Shown one piece after another: positions 42,080-51,368 of a stretch of DNA of 64,000 nucleotides. Within the stretch, counting starts at the first letter, position 1. Each line of letters opens with the position of its first letter. Location: the NCBI GenBank assembly GCA_963830305.1, contig CAWHLW010000004.1, forward strand, positions 154,303 to 218,302. The letters are read 5' to 3'. A program made the position numbers and the translations under genes. Under the pieces are notes generated by a model. That model made no database searches. It saw nothing but the letters and a program-made list of their open reading frames with translations, and was not told where the DNA came from. This stretch comes from Candidatus Dormiibacterota bacterium. GTDB taxonomy: Bacteria > Chloroflexota > Dormibacteria > Aeolococcales > Aeolococcaceae.

Positions 42080-43419
42080 ACGCGATCCTGCGGGGCGTAC
42101 GGGTGATCGATCCGCTCGGCCGTCTCGACGCTCCCGGGCAGGACGTCTGGATCGACGGCGGGAAGATCCTGGCCATCTACCACCACATCGAGGCGGCGGG
42201 TGTGCCCGTGGTCGACCTCAGCCCGCCTGACGGCGTTGACCCATGCGTGCTCTGCCCAGGGTTCATCGACCTGCACGTCCACCTTCGTCAGCCCGGCGAC
42301 GATGAGGCGGAGACGCTCGAGACCGGATCTCGTGCGGCGGCAGCCGGTGGATTCACTCACGTGGTCGCGATGGCGAACACCACGCCGCCGATCGACACGC
42401 CGGAACGCGTCGCCGAGGCACGGCTCGCGGCGAGCAATCTGCCTGTCTCGATCCTTCAGGTGGCAGCGCTCACCCGCGGTCTCGACGGCGAGGAGCTGGT
42501 CGACATCCGCAAGTGCGTCGAGGCCGGCGCTGTCGCACTCGGCGACGACGGTCGCAACAGCGTGTCGCCGCGACAGCTGGCGATCGCGCTTGCGGAAACC
42601 GCGCATCTTTCGCGTGCGGTATTGGTGCACCCCGAGGACGAGGAGATGATCGCGCAGGCCAATGGGACCCAGGGCCCGGTCACGCGCAGTCCGATCCGTC
42701 CCGTCGAAACCGAGACCCGCGCGGTGAATCTCGCGATCCGCGCGCTGTCGCACGCGCGCTCTGGACATCTGCACCTCCAGCACCTCTCGTCCGAAGGCTC
42801 GGTCGCCTCGTTGCGGCGCGCGCGGCACCAGGGCCTCGCGGTAAGCGCGGAAGTGACTCCGCATCACCTCTCCATGTGGCTTCCGGTTGCCGAGGAACCG
42901 GACCCGCAGGCGCTGCGCAAGGTGAACCCGCCGCTGCGCGGAGAACGTGACCGCGTCGCGCTCGTGCAGGCCCTGCGCGAAGGTCTCATCGAGGCGGTCG
43001 CGACGGATCACGCACCCCACCGAGCCGCGGAGAAATCGCTTGGGTACGATGACGCTGCGCCGGGCATGATCGGGCTCGAGACTGCGCTCGCAGCCTGCAT
43101 CACCATCGGCGGCATGGGAGGCGAGTGGCTGGCGACACTCGTCGAGCGTTTGACCGTTGGCCCACAACGGATTCTCGGCCCGTCGTCGGGCGTCCCCGAG
43201 CCCCGCCTCCGGATCGGCGAGTCGGCGACGTGCACGCTCTTCGATCCGAATGCCGAATGGACGGTGGGTGAGACGCCGCTGCATTCGCGCTCGCGCAACA
43301 CGCCGCTCATCGGCGCCAGACTTCGCGGCACCGTGCTGCTCACCCTGGCCGGCGGTCGCGTCATCCACCAGGATCCGGCGCGTGTGCCGATCGTCTCCGA
43401 GCAGGTGACCAATGTCTGA
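42076..43419 (+). CDS. pyrC: dihydroorotase
   Basis: GFIDLHVHLRQPG, DHAPH. GTG overlaps the pyrR TGA. Confidence 0.9.
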   Translation: MNAILRGVRVIDPLGRLDAPGQDVWIDGGKILAIYHHIEAAGVPVVDLSPPDGVDPCVLCPGFIDLHVHLRQPGDDEAETLETGSRAAAAGGFTHVVAMANTTPPIDTPERVAEARLAASNLPVSILQVAALTRGLDGEELVDIRKCVEAGAVALGDDGRNSVSPRQLAIALAETAHLSRAVLVHPEDEEMIAQANGTQGPVTRSPIRPVETETRAVNLAIRALSHARSGHLHLQHLSSEGSVASLRRARHQGLAVSAEVTPHHLSMWLPVAEEPDPQALRKVNPPLRGERDRVALVQALREGLIEAVATDHAPHRAAEKSLGYDDAAPGMIGLETALAACITIGGMGGEWLATLVERLTVGPQRILGPSSGVPEPRLRIGESATCTLFDPNAEWTVGETPLHSRSRNTPLIGARLRGTVLLTLAGGRVIHQDPARVPIVSEQVTNV

Positions 43420-44570
43420 CGTCCGCGGGCGTCTCGCCCTCGAATCCGGTGCGGCGTACGAGGGAATCCTCTTCGGCGCGCCGCTGCAGCACACGCAGAA
43501 CGGCGAGGTGGTCTTCAACACCTGCATGAGCGGCTACCAGGAGGTGATCACCGATCCGTCCTACGCGGGACAGGTGGTCGTGATGACGTATCCGCTCATC
43601 GGCAACTACGGCTGCCGTGACGATACCGCCGAGTCGGATCGGGTCCAGTGCCGCGCGCTGGTGGTGCGCGAGCTCTCCGCCGACATCGGCCATGCGCGCG
43701 GGGAGCGAACCCTCGAGGATGAGTTGCGCCACAACGGCATCCCGGGCTTGCGCGGCGTCGATACCCGTGCGCTGACGCGCCATCTTCGCGACCACGGCAC
43801 ACTGCGCGGCGTCATCGCGCCGGCGTCGGAGATGTCGGCCGCCGAGCAGGTGGAGGTGGCTCGCTCAGCGCCCGTTCGTGAGCGACGAGGACCTGGTCGG
43901 CATGGTCTCGATCGACGAGCCCTGGCGCACGTACTCCGAACCTCTCGACGTGACGCTGCACCGTGGTGTGGTGCTCTCGGGGAGCGAGAACGCGTGGCGC
44001 GGGACGCGCGTGGTGGTCGTCGACTACGGCGTGAAGCTGAACCAGGTGCGCGCGCTCTGCAGCCGCGGCGCGGAGGTGATCATGGTGCGTCAGGACGCGG
44101 GTATCGAGGACGTGCTGCGCCACGACCCGCATGGTGTCGTCCTCTCCAACGGACCCGGCGATCCCTCGCGGTTGCCGCACGCGGTCCAGCTCTGCAAGGA
44201 CCTTCTCGAACGGCGCGTGCCATTGCTCGGCATCTGTCTTGGGCATCAGATCCTCGGTCAGGCCGCCGGTGCTTCCACGTCGCGCCTCGGGTTCGGGCAC
44301 CACGGCGGCAACCATCCGGTGCGCGACATCGAGAACGGCGCCGTCTACGTCACCTCGCAGAACCACGAGTTCCAGGTCGACGGCGCGACCCTTCCCGATA
44401 ACTCCGGCTGGTACGTCAGCGAGCGCAACCTCAATGATCAGAGCGTCGAAGGATTGCGACATCGTGAGCTGCCGGCGTTTTCTGTTCAGTATCATCCGGA
44501 GGGCGCCCCCGGACCCCAGGATCGCGCTGGTGTCTTTGACGAATTCCTGCGGATGTGCGTGCTCGGGCGA
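43412..44570 (+). CDS. carA: carbamoyl-phosphate synthase small (glutaminase) subunit; frame break at CCC 43871-43873; 3' end and stop not resolvable
   Basis: N-domain in the frame of ORF 43412. GATase domain (LGICLGHQIL, HPE) in the frame of ORF 43878. Deleting one C restores ...VARSAPFVSDEDLVGMVS.... Confidence 0.8.
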
Positions 44571-44792
44571 TCGGGGGGTGGGGATTCGCTTGCTCAGACA
44601 ACGCTCCGCGGTTCGCCCTCGCGCAACGACTTAGCATCGCGCTCGGTCGAACCGCTACGCGAACTCGCCACGAAACCCCACCCCCCGCTCGCCCAGGACG
44701 TCGGCGGGAATGGCACCAGCGCGACGCCCTTGTCCAGTGCCTCATCCGTTGGAACTGACACTACTTCGGATCTCTCGGCGGGGGGGACTGAG

Positions 44793-47700
44793 GTTCCGAA
44801 GTGTGTGCTTGTTATTGGGTCGGGGCCGGTGATTATTGGGCAGGCGGCCGAGTTTGACTATGCGGGGACGCAGGCTTGTCGGGCGCTTCGGGAGGAAGGG
44901 ATTCGCGTTGTTCTGGTGAACAGCAATCCGGCGACGATCATGACTGACGATTCGTCGGCGGATGCGGTATATGTCGAGCCGCTGACTGTTGAGGTGCTCG
45001 AACGCATCATCATCGCGGAGCGGCCGGATGGACTGCTGGCGACGCTCGGGGGACAGACGGGGTTGAACCTGGCGGTCGCGCTTGATGATGCTGGTGTGCT
45101 CGAGCGGCACAAGGTGCGCGTGCTGGGGACGGGGCTGCGAGCGATCAGGACGGCGGAGGATCGGGAGCGGTTCAAGGAGCTCCTGGCTGCAATTGGTGAG
45201 CCGGCGCCGGAGTCTGCAACCGTTGCGTCTCTTGCTGAGGCGCGGGTGTTGCGCGAGCAGATGGGGCTGCCGCTGGTGGTGCGCCCAGCGTTCACGCTTG
45301 GGGGCACGGGCGGCGGATTGTGCGACACCGAGGAGCGCTACGCCGAGACGGTACTCGCGGGACTCGCTGCGTCGCCGATCAGCCAGGTGCTCATCGAGCG
45401 TTCGGTCGCCGGCTGGCGAGAGATCGAGTACGAGGTCATCCGCGACGCGTCGGGCACGTGCATCACCGTCTGCAACATGGAGAACCTCGATCCCATGGGT
45501 GTGCACACCGGGGATTCCATGGTCGTGGCACCCGCGCAAACGCTCACCGATCGCGAGCATCAGCAACTCCGCAGCGCGGCGTTGCGCATCATCAACGCGC
45601 TCGATATCCAGGGCGGATGCAACGTGCAATTCGCGCTGGCGCCCGATTCGCACGAGTACCACGTGATCGAGGTGAATCCGCGGGTCTCGCGCTCATCGGC
45701 GCTGGCATCCAAGGCGACCGGTTATCCGATCGCGCGCGTTGCGGCGAAGATCGCGGTGGGACGGCGGCTCGACCAGATTCCCAACGCCGTCACCGGCAAG
45801 ACGTGCGCCGCGTTCGAGCCCGCGCTCGACTACTGTGTGGTCAAGATCCCGCGCTGGCCGTTCGACAAGTTCCCCGAGGCCGACCGGCGCCTCGGAACGC
45901 AGATGAAGTCCACCGGCGAGGTGATGGCCATCGAGCGCTCCTTCGAGGCCGCGTTCAGCAAGGCGCTCCGCTCGCTCGAACAGACGCAACCGGATCCTGC
46001 GGCGCTGCACGAACCGGTGCTCATCGACGTCGCCAATGACCGGCGTGCGGCGGCGCTGCTGGAAGCGCTGCGCGGAGGGACCACACCCGAGGAGTTGACG
46101 CGGCGCAGCGGGATCTCGACGTGGTTCCTGCGCCGGCTCGGCACCATCGTTGCCTGCGAGGAGCGGCTGCGCTGGACCGGGCTCGATGACGACGCGCTCA
46201 CCGCCGCCAAGCGCGCAGGCATCACCGATGCGCGCATCGGCGCGCTGACGGGTATCGACCCCGAGCGCGTTCGCGCGCGCCGGCACAGCGCGGGTGTGAC
46301 GCCCGTCTTCAAGTGCGTCGACACGTGCGCTGCCGAGTTCGAGGCCGCGACGCCCTACTACTACTCGACGTACGAGGTTGAGGACGAGGGGCCTGCAGCC
46401 CCGGCGCCGGCACCCAACACCGTGGTGGTACTCGGGAGCGGTCCGATCCGCATCGGGCAGGGGATCGAGTTCGACTACTGCAGCGTCCACGCCGCCATGG
46501 CACTGCGCCGTCAGGGTGTGGACGCGGTGATGGTCAACAGCAACCCCGAGACGGTGAGCACGGATTTCGACTGCAGCACGCGTCTCTACTTCGAGCCGCT
46601 CGACGAGGAGGCGGTCACCGCGATCCTCGAAGAGGAGCAGGCGTCGGGTGTCGTCGTGCAGTTCGGCGGCCAGACCGCGATCAACCTCGCCGAGCCCCTG
46701 GACCGTGCTGGATTCACGATCCTCGGCAGCAGCATCGCGAGCATCGACCTTGCCGAGGATCGTCGCGCATTCGAAGGCCTGATGCGCTCGCTCTCCATCG
46801 CGCAGCCGCAGGGTGCGGCGACGACGGATCTCGACGAAGCACTCGCCATCGCCGACGGAATCGGATTCCCCGTCCTGGTGCGTCCTTCGTACGTTCTCGG
46901 CGGGCGGGCGATGGAGATCGTCCACAGTCGCAGCCAGCTGCAGCGATATCTCGAGGCCGCGATGGCGGCGCTGCCGGCCGAGGGCGGACGCCGCCGCGGT
47001 GCCGTGCTCATCGATCGGTACCTGTTCGGCACCGAGGTCGACGTCGACGCGATCAGCGATGGCGAGACCGTGGTGATCCCGGGACTCATGGAACACGTCG
47101 AGCGCGCGGGTGTCCACAGCGGCGACTCGATGGCGACATACCCGGCGCGGATCCTCGGTGACGATGTCCGCGCGCTGATCGTCGATGCCACGGTGCGCAT
47201 CACACGCGCGCTCGACGTGCGCGGCTTGTGCAACATCCAGTTCGCGGTGCACCGCGGCATCCCTCACGTGCTCGAGGTCAACCCGCGTGCATCGCGGACC
47301 GTGCCATTCCTGAGCAAGGTCACCGGCGTTCCGATGGTGGAGCTGGCCACCCGCGTGATGCGCGGCGCCATGCTCACCGAGCTGGGATGGGCGACGGGCC
47401 TGGTGCCGGCGCGGCCGCTGGTGGCGGTGAAGGCTCCGGTCTTCTCGACGGTCAAGCTGATCGACGTCGACACGGCGCTCGGTCCAGAGATGAAGTCGAC
47501 CGGCGAGGTCATGGGCATCGACACCGACCTCGGCGCCGCGCTCGAGAAGGCGTTCGTGGCCGCACTGGGCGAGATGCCCACAAGTGGCGGCGCGTTGTGC
47601 AGCGTTGCCGACGTCGACAAGGCAGAGGCACTGCCGATCGTCGCGCAGCTCAGCTCGCTCGGTTTCACCATCTACGCCACCGCCGGCACCGCTGCGGCAC

Positions 47701-48056
47701 TCGCAAGTGCGGGTATCACCGCCGTGTCGGTGGGCAAGATCGGCCACGGACGGCCCAACGTCATCGATGTGATCGAGGACGGACGTGTGTCGATCGTCAT
47801 CAACACGGTCTCGAACTTCGGCACCGACGAGCTCGACTTCAGAGCCGACGGCGCGTCGGCCGATGCAGTCGGGCGCACGGTGAAGGACGGGTATCGCATC
47901 CGGCTCGCCGCCGAACAGCGACGCATCCCGTGCTGCACGTCGCTCGATACCGCCGCGGCGCTGGTCGATGCGATCGGTCGGCATGCATCGGGCAAGAGCG
48001 TCAGGGTCGCAACCGTGCGCGAGTACCGGGACGGCGTGGTGCAGGCGGTCTCGTGA
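44793..48056 (+). CDS. carB: carbamoyl-phosphate synthase large subunit; start codon uncertain (no in-frame stop separates it from carA)
   Basis: VLVIGSGPVIIGQAAEFDYAGTQA, two ATP-grasp halves, MGS-like C-terminal domain. About 1086 aa from 44793. Confidence 0.85.
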   Translation, partial: VPKCVLVIGSGPVIIGQAAEFDYAGTQACRALREEGIRVVLVNSNPATIMTDDSSADAVYVEPLTVEVLERIIIAERPDGLLATLGGQTGLNLAVALDDAGVLERHKVRVLGTGLRAIRTAEDRERFKELLAAIGEPAPESATVASLAEARVLREQMGLPLVVRPAFTLGGTGGGLCDTEERYAETVLAGLAASPISQVLIERSVAGWREIEYEVIRDASGTCITVCNMENLDPMGVHTGDSMVVAPAQTLTDREHQQLRSAALRIINALDIQGGCNVQFALAPDSHEYHVIEVNPRVSRSSALASKATGYPIARVAAKIAVGRRLDQIPNAVTGKTCAAFEPALDYCVVKIPRWPFDKFPEADRRLGTQMKSTGEVMAIERSFEAAFSKALRSLEQTQPDPAALHEPVLIDVANDRRAAALLEALRGGTTPEELTRRSGISTWFLRRLGTIVACEERLRWTGLDDDALTAAKRAGITDARIGALTGIDPERVRARRHSAGVTPVFKCVDTCAAEFEAATPYYYSTYEVEDEGPAAPAPAPNTVVVLGSGPIRIGQGIEFDYCSVHAAMALRRQGVDAVMVNSNPETVSTDFDCSTRLYFEPLDEEAVTAILEEEQASGVVVQFGGQTAINLAEPLDRAGFTILGSSIASIDLAEDRRAFEGLMRSLSIAQPQGAATTDLDEALAIADGIGFPVLVRPSYVLGGRAMEIVHSRSQLQRYLEAAMAALPAEGGRRRGAVLIDRYLFGTEVDVDAISDGETVVIPGLMEHVERAGVHSGDSMATYPARILGDDVRALIVDATVRITRALDVRGLCNIQFAVHRGIPHVLEVNPRASRTVPFLSKVTGVPMVELATRVMRGAMLTELGWATGLVPARPLVAVKAPVFSTVKLIDVDTALGPEMKSTGEVMGIDTDLGAALEKAFVAALGEMPTSGGALCSVADVDKAEALPIVAQLSSLGFTIYATAGTAAALASAGITAVSVGKIGHGRPNVIDVIEDGRVSIVINTVSNFGTDELDFRADGASADAVGRTVKDGYRIRLAAEQRRIPCCTSLDTAAALVDAIGRHASGKSVRVATVREYRDGVVQAVS

Positions 48057-48901
48057 CCGCGGATCTGAGCAGAGCGTCACTCGAGACCGGTGAGGTGCTC
48101 GTGGTGGAGCGGCTCGGCGGCGGACTCCTGGAACTGGTGGCGCGGTTGCCGCACCTGGCAGCCACGGCGATGCCGGGAACGTTCGCACAGCTGCGCTGCG
48201 GCGCCGGCACCACGCCGCTGCTGAGGCGCCCGTTCAGCGTGGCGTGGACCCAGGACGACACCTGCGGTTTCGTCTTCGAGGCCGTGGGGGCGGGAACGCG
48301 GTTGCTCTCCGAGCTCCAACCCGGCGAACCGCTCGACACTCTCGGCCCGCTGGGACACGGGTTCACGGTGGTGGACAGCGGCACGGTCGTCTGCGTCTCC
48401 GGTGGCCTGGGCTGCGCACCCTTCCCGCTGCTCATCAACGAGCTGCGCCGCCGGGGTGTTGAAGACATCCTTGTCTTGAATGGAGCGCGCACGGCCACCC
48501 GCCTCTATCCCGCCGAACGATTTGCGCGTCCCGCGGTTCCGGTGGTTGCCGAGGCGACCGATGACGGGACGCGCGGGCACCACGGTCCTGTGACCGAGTT
48601 GCTCGGTCAGGCGCTGGCGTCGCCGGTGAGCGCGCTCTACGCGTGCGGGCCCAACCCGATGCTGGGCGCGGTGATGCGCACCCTGGTGGAGTCCGGAGCG
48701 GAGCTGCCTTCGACCCTCGAAGCCTCGCTCGAAGCGCCGATGGGGTGCGGCTTCGGCACGTGCCTCGGCTGTGCCCTCCCGGTCTGGAGTGAGGATGGAT
48801 CGACTGCCTGGCGGCTCTGTTGCACCGACGGTCCGGTGATGCCCATGCGCGAGGTGGACTGGGAAGGGCTGAGCACGCTTCCCGGGGCCGACGTCGCGTG
48901 A
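48053..48901 (+). CDS. pyrK: dihydroorotate dehydrogenase electron-transfer subunit (class 1B, FAD/[2Fe-2S])
   Basis: GTG overlaps the carB TGA. RPFSV FAD-binding. C-terminal Cys cluster CGFGTCLGC...C. Confidence 0.8.
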   Translation: MTADLSRASLETGEVLVVERLGGGLLELVARLPHLAATAMPGTFAQLRCGAGTTPLLRRPFSVAWTQDDTCGFVFEAVGAGTRLLSELQPGEPLDTLGPLGHGFTVVDSGTVVCVSGGLGCAPFPLLINELRRRGVEDILVLNGARTATRLYPAERFARPAVPVVAEATDDGTRGHHGPVTELLGQALASPVSALYACGPNPMLGAVMRTLVESGAELPSTLEASLEAPMGCGFGTCLGCALPVWSEDGSTAWRLCCTDGPVMPMREVDWEGLSTLPGADVA

Positions 48902-49764
48902 GTCAGAACGAGTTCGCGAGGGTCGACCTCGGACGTGGGTTGACCCTGCCCAATCCCGTGGGCCTGGCCAGCGGCACCGCCGGGTACGGCTTCGAGCTCG
49001 CGCAGCTGATCGACATCAACCGCATCGGTGCGCTGTACACGAAGGGCACCACGGTGCGCGCACGTGAGGGCAATCCGCCGCCGCGTGTCGCGGAGACCGG
49101 CGGAGGAATGCTCAACAGCATCGGGCTGCAGAACCCGGGCATCGACGCTGTCGCCGCCGACTATGCACCGCGCTGGCGGGGCTGGACGATTCCGATCATC
49201 GTCAACATCGCAGGCGGTTCGATCGATGACTACGTACGCTGCGCCACGGTCATCGACCCGGTCGCTGAGATTGCCGGCATCGAGTTGAACATCTCATGCC
49301 CCAACATCGCGCAGGGTCTCGACTTCGGCCGCGATCCCGATGCCGCCGGCCGGCTCGTCGCCGCCGTGCGCAAGGTCACCCAACGCTGCGTGATCGTCAA
49401 GCTCAGCCCGAATGTCACCGACATCGCGGCAGTTGCGCGTGCGGTCGAGGATGCCGGGGCGGATGCGGTGTCGGCGGTGAACACGTACATCGGCAGGAAA
49501 ATCCATCGCGCGAGCGGACGGTCCGTCCTTCCGCTCGGCACCGGTGGGTTGAGTGGCCCTGCCATCCAACCGCTCGCGCTCGCGGCCGTCGCCGCTGTGT
49601 GCGACGCGGTGCACATCCCGGTCATCGGCGTCGGAGGCATCGTCGACGCCGCGTCGGCGCGCGACTTCCTGATTGTCGGCGCCAGCGCGGTCCAGGTGGG
49701 AACCGCCACATTCGTCAACCCGGAGACCGCCCTGCAGGTGCTTGACGGTCTCCGGGTTGACTGA
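48898..49764 (+). CDS. pyrD: dihydroorotate dehydrogenase catalytic subunit (class 1B)
   Basis: NPVGLASGT, NSIGLQNPG, VKLSPN, GVGGI. GTG overlaps the pyrK TGA. Confidence 0.85.
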   Translation: MSQNEFARVDLGRGLTLPNPVGLASGTAGYGFELAQLIDINRIGALYTKGTTVRAREGNPPPRVAETGGGMLNSIGLQNPGIDAVAADYAPRWRGWTIPIIVNIAGGSIDDYVRCATVIDPVAEIAGIELNISCPNIAQGLDFGRDPDAAGRLVAAVRKVTQRCVIVKLSPNVTDIAAVARAVEDAGADAVSAVNTYIGRKIHRASGRSVLPLGTGGLSGPAIQPLALAAVAAVCDAVHIPVIGVGGIVDAASARDFLIVGASAVQVGTATFVNPETALQVLDGLRVD

Positions 49765-49783
49765 CGCCTGACTGACGGCGGAC

Positions 49784-51187
49784 TCAGACCGGCGAGCCGG
49801 CCTCCACCGGCGTGGGGCTCAGATGTCCGTTCAGTGACATGACGTCCTCGGATGGCTCCATGTCGATCGCCACCTCGCCGTGGAGGAGGAGATCTCCGAC
49901 CTCGAGCTCCTTGTCGGTCATGCGCAGCGGCACGATGAGTCCAACCAGCTTGATGACGACGAAGGTGGCCACCGCGTCGTACACGATGATGAAACCGAGC
50001 GCGAGCGCCTGGAGTGCGAGCTGTTTGGCATTGCCGTACACGAGGCCGGTCACGGCGACTGACGCGGTCCCGGCGGTACCGACGTACACCACCATGTTCG
50101 GGGACGCAAGCACGCCCGTCATGAGGCCGCCGAATGCTCCCGCAACCCCGTGGGTGTGGAAGACACCGAGCGTGTCGTCGACGCGCTCGGTGAACAGCTT
50201 CTTCTTGCCGAGCCAGTTCATGGAGATCCAGGGCAGGATGCCCGCCCCGATGCCGATGATGAACGCCGCGTACGCGTTGACATAACCAGCTCCAGGGGTG
50301 ATCGCAACAAGGCCCGCGATCATGCCGCTGATCATGCCGATGATGGTCGGCCGCTTGAGGATGAAGATGTCCATCATCATCCAGGTCAGCAACGCGGTTG
50401 CGGTGCAGAGGTGGGTGTTGAGCACGGCCGCCGATGCGTCGGCGTTGGCGAAGTACGGGTCGCCGCCGTTGAACCCGCTCCAGCCGAGCCAGAGCAACCC
50501 TCCTCCGGCGACCGCCAACATGATGTTGCTCGGCGTGTTGTTCTGGCGATCCTTCAACAGCCGCGGGCCGATCACCGCGGCGGCGACGAATGCCGACACA
50601 GCCGCCGCAACGTGAATGACGTACCCACCGCTGTAGTCAACGGCGCCGAGCGATCCGAGCCAGCCACCGCCCCAGAGGCTGAACGCGCCCACCGAGTACA
50701 CCAGCGTGATCCAGAGCGGGACGAACAGTGCCCACGCCCTGAAGCTGATGCGACCGAGCAGCGCACCGCCGAGGATGATGACCGTGATCGTCGCGAACAC
50801 GAACTGGAAGTACACGAGCGACGACATCGGGAAGCGCAACGCGGGGATGAGCCCGCTCAGCAGCGGGATGCTCGCCTGCTGTTCGAGGTCACTTGCCCCC
50901 GCCACCGGATGGGGGATTCCGACGAAGGTCGTCGCCGCTCCGCCGATGTGCAGCGGGCTCCCGAAGCTCATGTCATACGCGAAGAACATCCAGATGACCA
51001 GCGTCATCGCGAATGCGTAGACGACCATGAGCGCGGAGTTCACGGCGAATTTCCGCTTCATCAACCCCGCATACAGAATCGCCAGCCCCGGGATGCTCAT
51101 GATCCCGACCAGCGTTGCCGACGTGAGCTGCCACGCGGTGTCGCCGGAGTTCAGCCAGCTCGGATCCGGATTCAGGGCCGACAACAT
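49784..51187 (-). CDS. amt: ammonium transporter (Amt family)
   Basis: Eleven TM helices, GAVAERxxF-type and HGVAGAFGGLMTG motifs. Confidence 0.9.
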   Translation of the reverse strand: MLSALNPDPSWLNSGDTAWQLTSATLVGIMSIPGLAILYAGLMKRKFAVNSALMVVYAFAMTLVIWMFFAYDMSFGSPLHIGGAATTFVGIPHPVAGASDLEQQASIPLLSGLIPALRFPMSSLVYFQFVFATITVIILGGALLGRISFRAWALFVPLWITLVYSVGAFSLWGGGWLGSLGAVDYSGGYVIHVAAAVSAFVAAAVIGPRLLKDRQNNTPSNIMLAVAGGGLLWLGWSGFNGGDPYFANADASAAVLNTHLCTATALLTWMMMDIFILKRPTIIGMISGMIAGLVAITPGAGYVNAYAAFIIGIGAGILPWISMNWLGKKKLFTERVDDTLGVFHTHGVAGAFGGLMTGVLASPNMVVYVGTAGTASVAVTGLVYGNAKQLALQALALGFIIVYDAVATFVVIKLVGLIVPLRMTDKELEVGDLLLHGEVAIDMEPSEDVMSLNGHLSPTPVEAGSPV

Positions 51188-51368
51188 AGCGGTACCTCAC
51201 CTCTGTCTTGCTGATGTGCATGTACGCCGGACATGCGCGTTGCAGGAACTCTGTCAGAGGCGAGCGCTCGGTTCTTCGGCCGTTACGCACAGATCGACGG
51301 GCGCGGGCCTGTACACGGCGCACGAGTGGCAGTGGTCTGCGTGCACAGAACCGCCGCGGTGGCGGTGG

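Noticed and set aside
43878-48056. Single 1392-aa ORF suggesting a natural CarA-CarB fusion
   Set aside because: The linker translates as low-complexity sequence full of homopolymer runs. carA itself has a separate 1-nt indel. Artefact is more parsimonious, so it is flagged as a finding rather than annotated as a fusion.
45693-48188. 831-aa minus-strand ORF
   Set aside because: Antisense shadow of carB. High GC suppresses stop codons, the translation is Arg/Ala-rich with no motifs, and the plus strand carries unmistakable CarB motifs.
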